Made by a program: the position numbers and the translations under genes. The notes beneath the pieces were generated by a model. That model made no database searches, was not told the origin of the DNA, and saw only the letters and a program-made list of their open reading frames with translations. A stretch of DNA of 64,000 nt from the sequence record PZ402300.1; one strand, 5' to 3'. This document shows positions 21,754-33,232 of the stretch, one piece after another (within the stretch, counting starts at the first letter, position 1; each line of letters opens with the position of its first letter). Source of the DNA: a phage.

Positions 21754-24700
21754 ATGTCAACATTTGACCGTCTGGCAGGTTTCGCAGACAGCATCACTAC
21801 TGCTAAGCAAGTCGATGTCTCTACTGCAACCTCTCGGAAACAAGCTGAACAAGGGCAAAGCCCTTTCCAACTAACCCCACAGAACGCTTACCAATTACAG
21901 GCAGGTCGTGCTGGTGACTTAGGTGCTGGTGCATTTGACCCAGGTTCTATTCAGGCAGATTTTACTAATGCCTCCCCCCTTGAAATCGTAAACAAATATG
22001 GCAATGAGCAGGGAATGGACATTCTCAATGCTCGTGTCAATGCAGCTAATGCTGTTCGTCGTGATTTAACTAAGAGTCGTACATATGGTGAAGCACTTGG
22101 TGATACCCTTTTTGGTGTTGGTCTTGGTGTTGCTAATACCCTTGGGGGCATTGCTGCTCTTGGCACAGGTTTGGTCAATGATAATGCCGGGGCATCCATT
22201 GCTTCCGGTCTTGACTGGTTAAACAAAGGTGTACACAACCTACAGTCTGATGCACTGAATGCTCGTCGTAATGTAGTACAGAACCAGAACGTAATATCTG
22301 CACAGGAAAATGAGAAACTCTATAAGCAGGATGTTGCTAAAGGGGAAAGTGAACTCGTTGCTTCTCTGTCTCGCATTGGTCGTGATGCTTACGATTCCGT
22401 TGCTAACACTTTATCCAATGGTATGGCTGCTACAGATGGTCTGGCTGAGGGTGTTGGTTCTCTGTTTACAGGTGGTCCATTAATTCGTGGTGTATCTGCA
22501 CTTGGTAAAGTAATGGTAGGTGGGGATAAAGCTGTTAAGGGTATTACCTTAGCTGCTGAATTAGGTTCACGTCCTGCACGTACTGCATTAGCTACTGGTC
22601 GTGTTGCTGCACCTGCTATGGCAATTGGTGGTATGGAAGCTGGTGGTGCATACCAACAGACTGCTAATGAAATTATGGAAATGCCATTCAGTGAACTGGC
22701 TGCTAAATCTTCTGTATACCAACAGCATATTAAAGACGGTCTGCCTCCTGAAGAAGCTCGTCGTCAGACTGCATCTGAAACGGGTATTACTGCTGCTGGT
22801 TTAACTGCTCCGATTGCTGCTCTTACTGGCCCATTAGTATCCAAGTTTGAACTTAACCCACTTAAGGTAGGTTCACTGGCTGGTGCTGGTTCTAATATGC
22901 TACGTGAGACTGTAGAAGAAGGTATTCAGTCTGGTACAAGTCAGTTTGCACAGAACAAGGCAATTCAGGGTAATGTAGATGCTAATCGTGACCTGCTTAA
23001 AGGTGTTGGTGAACAAACCGGGCTTGGTGCATTGTATGGCTTTGGCTCTGCTGGAGTTGCTCAAGCTCCTGGTGCAACTGTTAAGGCTGCTGGTGCTGCC
23101 GTTGGTCCTGCTGTACGTACTACCCTGGCTGGTGCTTCTCTGGCTGGTAAGGCACTAGCAAAAGTAGCTTCTCCTATTACTAACATCCTGGTTCAACGTG
23201 GAGAAGAAGTAGCTAAACGTAACGAACAAGCATCCCCTGTATCAGACGCTACAGTTAATGCTGCTGCACAAGAAGCTACTGCTCAGGCAGAACAAGCGCA
23301 AGCAACTGTACAGGAAGCAGTAGATGCAATGGACATTTCTCCAGAAGAGAAAGCTGCTGCTACCCAATATGCTGCTGACTTAACTCAGGTAATGAAGTTT
23401 GACCCAGTAGAACTGGAACAAGCTAGTCCTGCAATCCGTGAAGCTGTTTCTGGTTCCACTAACCGTGTTGAAGCTATTCAGAAGATGGCTGACTTGGTTA
23501 ATACTGCTGAAGACCCTAATGTTCAAATGGAAGCTGCAATCCAGATGTATGACAACATCATGTCTATGGATAGCTTCATTAACCGTGACCCGGGTGCATT
23601 AGCTAATCTGGAACAAGGTTCTCCTGCTGCTAATATTGTTGACCAGTTCTCTGGTCTGATGGCTAACGTTCAGAATACACCAAAGGTACTTCGTGCATTC
23701 CGTGCTATTCATTCTATGATTCAGGAACAGGCTGAAGCAGGTAAACTGAAAGCTACTGAGGAAGCCAATCAAGCTCAGGCAAACAATATTGCTATGGCTG
23801 CTGATATGTCTCCAGAAGTACTGGATGCAGATTCAGTGAACATGGTTCTGAAACATGCAAGTGAAGGTAAGATTACACTGGGGAATCGTCAGCGTGCTGC
23901 CCTGCAATCTGCTGCTGCTCTATTGCAAGGAGCACGAGAATTTGACGCTAAAGCAGAAGAACTAGGCTTACGTCCTCAAGACATTGTTAGTAAACAGATT
24001 AAAACCGACGAATCTCGTTCTAATGAAGGCCAGTACTCTGCGTTGCAACATGCTAAACGCATTCGTTCTGCGTACAACTCTGGTAACTTCGATTTGGCTT
24101 CCGCTTATCTCGACGACTTTATGAAGTTCGCCCAGCACATGCAGAATAAGGTCGGAGCGTTGAATGAGCATCTGATTTCTGGGAATGCGGATAAAAATAA
24201 GTCTGTTCATTATCAGGCTCTTACTCCCTCGCGTGAATGGGTACGTAGTCGTACTGGCCTCGGTGTCAATCCGTATGATACCAAGTCGGTTAAGTTTGCC
24301 CAGCAAGTAGGACTGGAGGCCAAGACCGTAGCTGATATTGCTAACGCACTTGCTACGGCTTACCCGGAGCTTAATGTTTCTCATGTGAAAGTTACCCCAT
24401 TGGATTCACGTCTGGACAAACCTGCTGCCCAGGTAGTTAAAGAGTTCCGTCAGGGCAATCTTGATGCTGCTCAATCCCAACAGACCAATGAACCAGTGAA
24501 TCAGGTTGATGAAACTCCTGTTACGAAACAGGAACCAGTTACCCCTACTGTACAGACTAAACCCTCTGTTAGTGAAGCTGTTAAAACAGAATCCACTATT
24601 AAAGAGTCTAAACCACAGTCTGTAAAAGAACCTGAGAACCAGTCTGAAAAACAGGATGTTACCCTCACTAATGAGGATACCACTCAGGAAGTGGCTGAAA

Positions 24701-27700
24701 CTAAAACAGAAATGGAAACAGTGTTCCCTGTCTATAACAATGAAAAGACACCGAACCAGTTCATTAAAGCATTTTCTCTACCAGAAGAACCTAAGTCTCG
24801 TACCATTGGTTCTGAGTCTCCTCTGACCGATGTTAAGAAAGCACTGTCTTCTGCTGCTCGTTTCGAAGCATTCACTCAAAAAGAAAATAACGCCCTCACA
24901 AGTGATGTGATTAAGCGTTATCAGGACTTATTTGATTTTGGTGAAATTCTGAAGACTACCCTGTCTGACCGTCTGGCTAAGTTCCTTGCTAATAAGAATG
25001 TTGGTAAACGTTTTGCAGAAGGTACTGAGGCTAACCGTTGGGTAGGTGGTAAGTTACTTAACATCGTAGAAAAAGATGGTGACACCTTTAAGTTCAATGA
25101 CCAGTTGTTAGAGACTGCTGTACTTGCTGGTCTGCAATGGCGATTAACTGCTACACAGAATGCTGCTGTTAAAGACATGAAAGACGTAGCTGCTATTACT
25201 GGTGTAGAAGCATCTCTGCTACCAGAAGGCATTTTGGCTGATTTCGAAAATGCTCAGACATTGGTTGAAGCTACTAACTCACTGGCTCAAAAGATTGAAT
25301 CTTATTGGGGACTTAACCGTAATGCTGATGCACCACTTGGTTATACCAAGGGTATCCCAGTGGCAATGGCTACAGAGATTCTATCTTCTTTTATTGAGAT
25401 GGGTGTAGTTAAAGAGTCTATGCTGGATGTGTCTGAGATTGACCCAGAATCTAAAAAGACTGTTGGTCTGTATACCATTGATAAGTTAGAGGATAATGAT
25501 GCCATTAATAATTTCCCTACTGCTATTGAGGAAGCTGTCCTTGTAGAACCAGCAGAGAAACTGTACCTAGGTGATGATATTCCTTCCGTGGCTCCTACTC
25601 AGTTACGTAACCCTGCTGTCCGTAATACTCCAGAACAGAAAGCTGCTCTTAAAGCAGAACAGGCTACTGAGTTCTTTGTACATACTCCAATGGTTCAGTT
25701 CTATGAGGCGTTAGGTAAAGACCGTATCCTCGAACTGATGGGTGCAGGTACTCTGGATAAAGATTTACTTAATAAGAACCATGCTAAATCTTTGGAAGGC
25801 AAGAATCGTTCAGTAGAGGATTCTTATAACCAATTGTTCTCTGTTATTGAACAGGTAAGAGCACAGAGTGAAGACATTTCCACTGTGCCTATTCACTATG
25901 CATACAATATGACTCGTGTTGGTCGTATGCAGATGTTAGGTAAATATACCCCCCAATCAGCTAAGCTGGTTCGTGAGGCTATTTTACCTACCAAAGCTAC
26001 TCTGGATTTATCGAACCAGAACAACGAAGATTTCTCTGGCTTCCAGCTTGGACTGGCTCAGGCATTAGGTATCAAAGTTCATAAAATGACTCGTGAAACT
26101 ATGTCAGAGGAACTTACCAAAGCTCTGGAAGGTAAGCTGAAACCTGCTGTAGATATGATGGTTGAGTTTGATAAGTCTGGATACTTACCTACTGATGCAG
26201 TGGATATCTTAAGAACATCTCTGGGTAATGATAAATCCTTTGTGGCTCTCATGGCTCTTATGGAATATGCCCGTTACCTTAACAGTGATGACCGTGCCAA
26301 CTTTAATACTCCTTTGTACGTTGAAGCCGATGGGGTAACCAACGGACCAATCAACGCAATGGTATTAATGACTGGTGGTAAGTTCACTCCAAACTGGATT
26401 AAGAATACTGCCAAAGGTGGTTTGTTCTTTGGTAAAGCTGGTAAGACTATGAATGAGCATCATACGCAGGATGACAGTGTTGACCTGTATGAAGCATCTA
26501 CAAATAGTCTGCAATTCTATCTGAATGAATTACGTAATACTTACAGTAAAAATATTCCAGTTATAAACCAGATGGACCATCTCCAGAAGTTAATGAACTT
26601 GTTCATTAAAGACTTCAATCTTAAGGAAGACGGTACTCTGGACCTGAAGCGTGGTATCGCTAAAAACCCACTTACCATTACCATCTATGGTTCTGGTGCT
26701 CGTGGTATTGCAGGCAAGATGGTAAGTGCAATTACTGATACCATCTATGAACGCTTAAGCGACGTTCTGAAAGCCCGTGCTGTTGACCCTAACATTCCCC
26801 CAGCTATGGCGATGTTTGGTAAGGAGGCTGCGTCTGAGGCTGATGCTCAGGCTATGCTGGATACCTTCCTTACTTCTATGAAAGCGTTGACTGGGAATAT
26901 TCCAGCTAAGCGTAAAGGTAAGTTATTCATTAAGGAAGTAGACGGTGTTCTGACTGGTAAGTTAGACCCCCAGGAGTTTACTGTATCTGGTAATGCTCTT
27001 AAGAACTTACAAGAGAATATGCTGCATTTCTTTGTTGAGCCAATGAGGCAAAGTATCCGGTTCACTGTTGGTGAGGGGTTGATGCACTCTACTGAGAATT
27101 TGCAGAAAGCTACCCAGATTCAATCTCTGGTATTGCAGGATATGTTCCAACAAGCAGTACAGGCTAAGCTGGCAGAAAAAGAAAAAGACCCAACATGGAA
27201 GAAGGGTGATTTCTTAACGCAGAAAGAATTGAATGAAATCCAGAATAGCTTAGCTCCACTGGCTCCAATGATTAAGACTGGTTCCCAGACTTTCTACATT
27301 GCTGGAAGTGAGAATACTGACGTTGCTAACCAAGTATTGGCTACCAACTTAGATGACCGTATGCGTGTGCCAATGAGTATCTATGCTCCTTCGCAGGCAG
27401 GTGTTGCAGGTATTCCCTTTATGACCATCGGTACTGGTGATGGCATGATGATGCAGACCCTTTCTACTATGAAAGGTGCTCCGAAGAATACCCTGAAAAT
27501 CTTTGATGGTATGAACATTGGTATCAATGACATTACTGATGCAAGTCGTAAAGCTAATGAGGCTGTATATACTTCCTGGCAGGGTAATCCTATTAAGAAT
27601 GTATATGAGTCTTTCTCTAAGTTTGTTAAGAATGTTGATTTAAATAAGCTGTCCGATTCAGCAATAGATGCTATTGCAAAGTCTGCTTTAGACTTTGAGC

Positions 27701-30700
27701 AACGTGCTCATATTGCCAGGGTAGATGGTGATAGAGATTATAAAATTTCTATGATTAGAGATTCTGGTATTGCATTAATTGAGCGTAACCTACGTAACAT
27801 TGCTTTGGGTGTAGATATTCGTCACAAGGTAATGGACCAGGTACAGGTCACTGTTGACCAGATGGCTGCTGTTGGTGCTCCTTATGTGAACAACGGTAAA
27901 ATCTCTCTGGAAGGTCTGACTATAGACCAGCAAGTAGCCAAGCTGAACGAACTGTTTGATGCTGAATTAAACAAGCGTCGTGATGCAGTACGTGCTGCTA
28001 AAGCGGAACCAACGAAGGCAGAACCAGTGAAGGAAGTGCCGGTGAAAGTTGTACCAGCTATGGAGAAGGTAGGTCGTGTACTGAAGTCTGGTGTACGCCT
28101 GTTGTCTAATGCTGCTATTACTAAGCTGGCTAAAGAGATGTCTCCTGAACAGCAAGCAGTATTGAAAGAAATACAGAAATCTCTTGCTGCTAAAGACTAC
28201 AAGGTTGTTTACGGTACACCTTCTCAACTGGATGCCTACGCTATTGAGAAGAACATTACTCGCCCAGCACCAGAAGATATTGAAGCTGCTGAAGCAGGTA
28301 ATGCATATGGCTGGACTAACTTTGAAGATAAGACCATCTACTTAGTTACCCCTTCCTTAGAGACTTTGGTTCATGAATTAGTACATGCTTCTACTTTTGA
28401 ATCTGTACTGGCTCACTACGAAGGCACCCCTAATGAAGCTGTCCAGAACATTGAAGACCTGATGAACCAGTTCCGTGCTTTGGATGTTAAGGATGAATCC
28501 CCGGTAGTACGTGAAGCATATGCCGATGCACTGAATACCATTAATGGTCATTTGTCTAATGGCTTTATTGAACCAGCAATGGCTAAAGCTGCTGCACTGA
28601 ATGAGTACATGGCTTGGGGTTTAACCAACCGTGAACTTATTAGTAAGCAGAAGAAAACCACTGCACTTAAGACTATGGTTCAGGCTGTATATGAAGCAAT
28701 CAAACGTTTGGTATTCGGACGTAAGAAAGCTCCAGCTAATGCAGATGATATGTTCTCGGGCTTATTGTTTAACTCTGCTGTAGTTATGCGTGGGCAGGCT
28801 CCTACTGCTGCTGTAGCCAAAGACACTACCCTGTTCCATAACAAAGCATATGGTGACAATACTCGTCTGGAAGAGTTAGGGAAAACCTTCGATAAGTTGA
28901 TTACTGACTACATTGGTTCAGAACCAGTACAGCAAGTAATTCGTAAAGGTAAGTTTTCCGATGCAGTAGTGAATGCAACTAAAGTAACTCGTGATGTTCA
29001 GGCTCATGGCTTCACCATGAATATGCAGGAACAGCGTCTCTTTACTAACATTGTTGCTGCTCTCGCTACCGAGGCTGCTATTAACCCTGCTGCTCTGGCT
29101 CGTGCACAGGAATACTACACGCATGTTACTAAGAATCTGACTGTTGAAGCATTTATGTCTGACCCTGATAGTACTAACCCTGCTGACCGTTACTATGCAC
29201 AGCAGAAGTTCGATACCATCATGGGTGCTAACAACATTGAGTTTGATGCACAAGGTCGTTCTTCCTTACTGCCTACCTTTGTTGGTCTGGCAATGGTAAG
29301 CGAAGAGGTACGTAAGGTACTGGCTTATATTCCTGTTATGAAAGCAGATAAGAAATCAGGCAATACCGTTGATGCAATGCTGACTAATATCGGTACTGCT
29401 GCAATGGCTAGTTTGAATGCTCGTGTAGCAGGCGATACTAAAGCCACTAACGTACAAGAAGGTATGGATGCACTGGCTCAGACAATCATGCAGACCAGCC
29501 TTAATGCAGAGTCCTTCTATGATTCCGTTGCTACTCCTACCGGTAATGCTATTGACCGTGCTAACCAGTATCTGGTGGATTCTATTGATGTACTGTCTAC
29601 CCGTGCTTTAGAAGGTGCTCGTGAAGTTGCAGCTAATACCAAGAACCCATTGGTTAAAGGTGCTGCTCATGCTGCACAACTGGTAGCTGCTATTGCTACA
29701 GAGAAGAATGGTTCAATCGTAGCTGAGGGTGTTATGGCTGCAATGAACCAAGGTAAAGTATGGCAACCTTTCCATGACCTGGTTAATGACATAATCGGTC
29801 GTACTAAGAGCAATGCTTCTGTATACGATTTGATTAAAGCAGTACGTGCACAGGTACAAGCTGACCGTCAACAGTTCCGTGAACACCTACCTACCACTAT
29901 CGCATCCAAATTCAGCCGTAAGCTGACTAATGATGAGTGGAAAGCAATGCATACCGGTATGGGTAAAACTGACTTAGCTGTTCTGCGTGACACTATGTCT
30001 CTGGCTGAAATCCGTGACCTACTGACTGACCAAAAGATTGTTGACCGTGAGGTTAATAAACTGGAAGCAGATTTGCAGAAACAAGCAGGACGTAACTGGC
30101 CTCTGATTAATCGTAAATCTAAGCAACTGGCTCAGTACATGATTAATGGTACAGTCGGTAATAACCTGCTGCGTAATGCTACTGCAATTTCACGTTTGCT
30201 GGGTGAACGTAAGACTACACGTTCTGTTGTAGATGTAGCTCAGCTGGATAAACTGATTACTTTATATGCACTGGAAGCAATGAATAAGACTGACCGTGAG
30301 ATGTTATCTTCACTGGCTCAGACAGAAATTGAAGGTATGGACTTTGCTACATCTTACCTGGTTGGCCAGCGTAAAGATGAAATGGCTAAAGTCAAGTCTG
30401 ATAGTCGTGCAACTCTGAACCAGTACAAAGGGTATATTCCTGGTGAGACTAAACAGGGTGTTAACCTGATTGTTGCTGAAGATAGTCAGTTTGTTGATTT
30501 GATTGAGAAATCCTATGTACGTCTGGGGACTTATCAAGGTAGCTCTGCTAATCGTGGTCCAGCACGTAGTTACTACTTTGCACCAGTACAGGCACAGGCT
30601 CCATTCTCACAGGGTATCCTACAGAACGTTCGCAATACTGCTGGTGGTGTAGACCTCGGCACAGGCTTTACGATGGGAACCATGGTAGCCGGTCGTATTA

Positions 30701-32175
30701 CAGACAAACCTTCCGTAGACCGTATCACTAAAGCACTGGCTCGTGGTGAACGTGGTAATGAACCACTGCTGCCTGTATATGATGCTAATGGTAATGTGGT
30801 TGCTTACGAGCAATCCATTGACCCTAACATGCTGAAGCACATCGAGGGTGAGAACCATCTTGCTAGTGCAATCGGTGTATGGCGAGGTCGTCAGGTAGAA
30901 GAGGCTAAGGCTCAGCGTTTCAACGATATGTTGATTGAGAACCTGCATAGCATGTATGAGAACGACATTAAGATGTCTGCCTCTAATAAGTCCCAGTACG
31001 TTAACCTTCTTGGTTCTAAACTGGACCCAGTAACTGCTGATGCTCTTAAGCTGATGAACAGTGAAACACGTCAGAAAGCAGAAAGTCTGTTTGGCCCTGA
31101 TGAACTGTGGGTACGTCGTGACATGCTTAATGATGCTTTGGGTTATCGTGCAGCTTCTGTTGGTGATGCCTGGTCTGGTAATTCTCGATGGTCCCCAGAA
31201 ACACTGGATACCTTCAAGAAAGCTATGCTAGGTGTATTTGGTAACCGTGCTTATAAGTATGTAATGGGTGGTGAGAACCTGGTTCAGAACTTAGTTAAAG
31301 AAGCTAAAACCCTGATTGTAGTTAAGTCAGTGGTTGTACCTGCTGTTAACTTCTTAGCTAACCTTTACCAGATGGTTGCTCGTGGTGTACCTGTTAAGAA
31401 CATTGCTAAGAGCATTCCACAGAAGACTGCTGAGATTAACCAGTACCTGAAATCTCGTCTGCGTCAGGTAGATGCAGAAGCAGAATTACGTGCAGCTACG
31501 AATCCGAACCAGATTCGTAAACTTAAGGCTGAGATTCAGTCCATCACGGATAGTCATAAGCGTTTGAGTATCTGGCCTCTGTTAGAAGCTGGTGAGTTCT
31601 CTTCGATTGCAGATGCTGGTATTGGACGTGATGATATTCTGATTACTGAAGGTAAACTTCACGAATACATGGAAAAGCTGGCTGATAAGTTGCCTAAGTC
31701 TGTACGTAACGCAGGTCGTTATGCTCTTATCACTAAGGATACTGCTCTTTTCCAGGGTATCCAGAAGACGGTTGAGTACTCTGACTTTATTGCTAAAGCA
31801 ATCATCTATGATGAACTGACTCAGCGTAAAGGTAAGACTCGTGAAGAAGCACTTGGACGTGTAACGGAAGAGTTCATTAACTATGACCGTCTGCCAGGTC
31901 GCTTCCGTGGGTATATGGAAAGTGTTGGTCTTATGTGGTTCTACAACTTTAAGATTCGTTCTGCAAAAGTTGCAGTGTCCATGATTCGTAACAACCCAGT
32001 ACACGCTGCTATGGCTATGCTGGCCCCAACTCCTACCATGTTTGGTAACGTTGGTCTGCCTATTCAGGACAACATCTTTAGTATTGCTGCACAGGGCAAT
32101 CTCGGTTACTCATTCGGTTTCGGACAAGGCTTACGTGCTCATACCCTGAACCCATGGCTCAACCTCACTAACTAA
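21754..32175 (+). CDS. virion-encapsidated RNA polymerase (N4 vRNAP-like), ~3470 aa
   Basis: Giant ORF; internal T7-like motifs PLYVEADGVTNG (motif A-like), KRGIAKNPLTITIYGSG (motif B-like), FDGMN; AGGAA RBS before ATG 21754. Confidence 0.85.
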   Translation: MSTFDRLAGFADSITTAKQVDVSTATSRKQAEQGQSPFQLTPQNAYQLQAGRAGDLGAGAFDPGSIQADFTNASPLEIVNKYGNEQGMDILNARVNAANAVRRDLTKSRTYGEALGDTLFGVGLGVANTLGGIAALGTGLVNDNAGASIASGLDWLNKGVHNLQSDALNARRNVVQNQNVISAQENEKLYKQDVAKGESELVASLSRIGRDAYDSVANTLSNGMAATDGLAEGVGSLFTGGPLIRGVSALGKVMVGGDKAVKGITLAAELGSRPARTALATGRVAAPAMAIGGMEAGGAYQQTANEIMEMPFSELAAKSSVYQQHIKDGLPPEEARRQTASETGITAAGLTAPIAALTGPLVSKFELNPLKVGSLAGAGSNMLRETVEEGIQSGTSQFAQNKAIQGNVDANRDLLKGVGEQTGLGALYGFGSAGVAQAPGATVKAAGAAVGPAVRTTLAGASLAGKALAKVASPITNILVQRGEEVAKRNEQASPVSDATVNAAAQEATAQAEQAQATVQEAVDAMDISPEEKAAATQYAADLTQVMKFDPVELEQASPAIREAVSGSTNRVEAIQKMADLVNTAEDPNVQMEAAIQMYDNIMSMDSFINRDPGALANLEQGSPAANIVDQFSGLMANVQNTPKVLRAFRAIHSMIQEQAEAGKLKATEEANQAQANNIAMAADMSPEVLDADSVNMVLKHASEGKITLGNRQRAALQSAAALLQGAREFDAKAEELGLRPQDIVSKQIKTDESRSNEGQYSALQHAKRIRSAYNSGNFDLASAYLDDFMKFAQHMQNKVGALNEHLISGNADKNKSVHYQALTPSREWVRSRTGLGVNPYDTKSVKFAQQVGLEAKTVADIANALATAYPELNVSHVKVTPLDSRLDKPAAQVVKEFRQGNLDAAQSQQTNEPVNQVDETPVTKQEPVTPTVQTKPSVSEAVKTESTIKESKPQSVKEPENQSEKQDVTLTNEDTTQEVAETKTEMETVFPVYNNEKTPNQFIKAFSLPEEPKSRTIGSESPLTDVKKALSSAARFEAFTQKENNALTSDVIKRYQDLFDFGEILKTTLSDRLAKFLANKNVGKRFAEGTEANRWVGGKLLNIVEKDGDTFKFNDQLLETAVLAGLQWRLTATQNAAVKDMKDVAAITGVEASLLPEGILADFENAQTLVEATNSLAQKIESYWGLNRNADAPLGYTKGIPVAMATEILSSFIEMGVVKESMLDVSEIDPESKKTVGLYTIDKLEDNDAINNFPTAIEEAVLVEPAEKLYLGDDIPSVAPTQLRNPAVRNTPEQKAALKAEQATEFFVHTPMVQFYEALGKDRILELMGAGTLDKDLLNKNHAKSLEGKNRSVEDSYNQLFSVIEQVRAQSEDISTVPIHYAYNMTRVGRMQMLGKYTPQSAKLVREAILPTKATLDLSNQNNEDFSGFQLGLAQALGIKVHKMTRETMSEELTKALEGKLKPAVDMMVEFDKSGYLPTDAVDILRTSLGNDKSFVALMALMEYARYLNSDDRANFNTPLYVEADGVTNGPINAMVLMTGGKFTPNWIKNTAKGGLFFGKAGKTMNEHHTQDDSVDLYEASTNSLQFYLNELRNTYSKNIPVINQMDHLQKLMNLFIKDFNLKEDGTLDLKRGIAKNPLTITIYGSGARGIAGKMVSAITDTIYERLSDVLKARAVDPNIPPAMAMFGKEAASEADAQAMLDTFLTSMKALTGNIPAKRKGKLFIKEVDGVLTGKLDPQEFTVSGNALKNLQENMLHFFVEPMRQSIRFTVGEGLMHSTENLQKATQIQSLVLQDMFQQAVQAKLAEKEKDPTWKKGDFLTQKELNEIQNSLAPLAPMIKTGSQTFYIAGSENTDVANQVLATNLDDRMRVPMSIYAPSQAGVAGIPFMTIGTGDGMMMQTLSTMKGAPKNTLKIFDGMNIGINDITDASRKANEAVYTSWQGNPIKNVYESFSKFVKNVDLNKLSDSAIDAIAKSALDFEQRAHIARVDGDRDYKISMIRDSGIALIERNLRNIALGVDIRHKVMDQVQVTVDQMAAVGAPYVNNGKISLEGLTIDQQVAKLNELFDAELNKRRDAVRAAKAEPTKAEPVKEVPVKVVPAMEKVGRVLKSGVRLLSNAAITKLAKEMSPEQQAVLKEIQKSLAAKDYKVVYGTPSQLDAYAIEKNITRPAPEDIEAAEAGNAYGWTNFEDKTIYLVTPSLETLVHELVHASTFESVLAHYEGTPNEAVQNIEDLMNQFRALDVKDESPVVREAYADALNTINGHLSNGFIEPAMAKAAALNEYMAWGLTNRELISKQKKTTALKTMVQAVYEAIKRLVFGRKKAPANADDMFSGLLFNSAVVMRGQAPTAAVAKDTTLFHNKAYGDNTRLEELGKTFDKLITDYIGSEPVQQVIRKGKFSDAVVNATKVTRDVQAHGFTMNMQEQRLFTNIVAALATEAAINPAALARAQEYYTHVTKNLTVEAFMSDPDSTNPADRYYAQQKFDTIMGANNIEFDAQGRSSLLPTFVGLAMVSEEVRKVLAYIPVMKADKKSGNTVDAMLTNIGTAAMASLNARVAGDTKATNVQEGMDALAQTIMQTSLNAESFYDSVATPTGNAIDRANQYLVDSIDVLSTRALEGAREVAANTKNPLVKGAAHAAQLVAAIATEKNGSIVAEGVMAAMNQGKVWQPFHDLVNDIIGRTKSNASVYDLIKAVRAQVQADRQQFREHLPTTIASKFSRKLTNDEWKAMHTGMGKTDLAVLRDTMSLAEIRDLLTDQKIVDREVNKLEADLQKQAGRNWPLINRKSKQLAQYMINGTVGNNLLRNATAISRLLGERKTTRSVVDVAQLDKLITLYALEAMNKTDREMLSSLAQTEIEGMDFATSYLVGQRKDEMAKVKSDSRATLNQYKGYIPGETKQGVNLIVAEDSQFVDLIEKSYVRLGTYQGSSANRGPARSYYFAPVQAQAPFSQGILQNVRNTAGGVDLGTGFTMGTMVAGRITDKPSVDRITKALARGERGNEPLLPVYDANGNVVAYEQSIDPNMLKHIEGENHLASAIGVWRGRQVEEAKAQRFNDMLIENLHSMYENDIKMSASNKSQYVNLLGSKLDPVTADALKLMNSETRQKAESLFGPDELWVRRDMLNDALGYRAASVGDAWSGNSRWSPETLDTFKKAMLGVFGNRAYKYVMGGENLVQNLVKEAKTLIVVKSVVVPAVNFLANLYQMVARGVPVKNIAKSIPQKTAEINQYLKSRLRQVDAEAELRAATNPNQIRKLKAEIQSITDSHKRLSIWPLLEAGEFSSIADAGIGRDDILITEGKLHEYMEKLADKLPKSVRNAGRYALITKDTALFQGIQKTVEYSDFIAKAIIYDELTQRKGKTREEALGRVTEEFINYDRLPGRFRGYMESVGLMWFYNFKIRSAKVAVSMIRNNPVHAAMAMLAPTPTMFGNVGLPIQDNIFSIAAQGNLGYSFGFGQGLRAHTLNPWLNLTN

Positions 32176-32177
32176 AT

Positions 32178-32206
32178 GAAAAAGCCCCTCTAATGAGGGG
32201 CTTTAC
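32178..32206. terminator. bidirectional terminator between convergent late and early blocks
   Basis: gcccctc-taat-gaggggc hairpin flanked by A-run on one side and T-run on the other. Confidence 0.7.
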
Positions 32207-32207
32207 T

Positions 32208-32447
32208 TTAGAATCGAGAAATTCTCAATTCAAGTACACGGGCATATGCAGACATAGTATCTAATTGCGTGCGTAGTAATGCCTGGTCAAACTGGTCCAG
32301 TTTGGTAAATGTTTCATTTGTATTGATAAACACTGATAGATCATGAATTTTTTGATTCAGTGAACCCAATTCATCTAATACACGAAGTTGATGTGCTGCA
32401 AAAGATTTAGTCATGTGTTCCCCACATTTTAGGCTTACGCCCTTCAC
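32208..32447 (-). CDS. hypothetical protein
   Basis: 79-aa ORF; overlaps upstream ORF so start may be internal. Confidence 0.35.
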   Translation of the reverse strand: MKGVSLKCGEHMTKSFAAHQLRVLDELGSLNQKIHDLSVFINTNETFTKLDQFDQALLRTQLDTMSAYARVLELRISRF

Positions 32448-32640
32448 TTGGAAATTTACCAGTCTCTTTAATCTTCCGTAATGTTTCCTCTGATGGGAAC
32501 CACAGGAATGTGAAGTAAAGTTTCTTAGCTACGTAACGAGTTACTCCCAGTTTCTCTGAGATTTCATCAAATGAATATGTACGAACGGTATTGTTGAGAA
32601 TGGCCTCACGAACAACAGAAGTAATAGATACTTGTGTCAT
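32407..32640 (-). CDS. hypothetical protein
   Basis: 77-aa ORF. Confidence 0.35.
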   Translation of the reverse strand: MTQVSITSVVREAILNNTVRTYSFDEISEKLGVTRYVAKKLYFTFLWFPSEETLRKIKETGKFPSEGRKPKMWGTHD

Positions 32641-32763
32641 GCTATTTTCCTATAAATGAGAAAGCCCTCACTAGGAGGGCTTGTTTTGTTTTGGCTTCAT
32701 GAGCCTTACTACTTTGTCGGGTAGTTCAGTACCTTTCGGTAAAAACTACCTTACACCTTTGAA

Positions 32764-33144
32764 TCAGATTGTACAACCACCACCGTCACAGGTGTTGTTT
32801 TCTGCAAAGGAAGCCAATGCTTTAGCAGTCTCTTCTTTATCATGCAGTGCCTGACGTAGCAGGTAACCTTCTAATTCCCAAATCTTATTGAATGCATTTT
32901 CATATGCATACTGACGCCCCTTCTGCTCATCATAGATAGCTGGATCAACGCAGGCAGATACGCCTTCAACTTTGAATCCATTTTCCAGGATGATAATGCA
33001 ATAGGTTACCAGTCCCAGGTTAGCCAAATCATCTGCTGGAAGTGCAGAAGGGTCAACGAATGCAGACTTCACTGCATCAGCACCATTGAAATAGTAAACG
33101 CTCTTAATCTTAGCTTCGATTGCTTCTTTACTTACTGTTGCCAT
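32764..33144 (-). CDS. hypothetical protein
   Basis: ORF with GAGG RBS before ATG at 33144. Confidence 0.4.
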   Translation of the reverse strand: MATVSKEAIEAKIKSVYYFNGADAVKSAFVDPSALPADDLANLGLVTYCIIILENGFKVEGVSACVDPAIYDEQKGRQYAYENAFNKIWELEGYLLRQALHDKEETAKALASFAENNTCDGGGCTI

Positions 33145-33206
33145 TATTAACCTCATAGAGTGGTTTGAGTTTGTACTTAAACATGATTGTGTTTATTAAT
33201 ACTCAA

Positions 33207-33232
33207 ATAAAAAAATCCCTCCGAAGAGGGAC
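33207..33232 (-). terminator. rho-independent terminator downstream of tRNA region
   Basis: tccctc-cgaa-gaggga hairpin with poly-U on minus strand. Confidence 0.65.
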
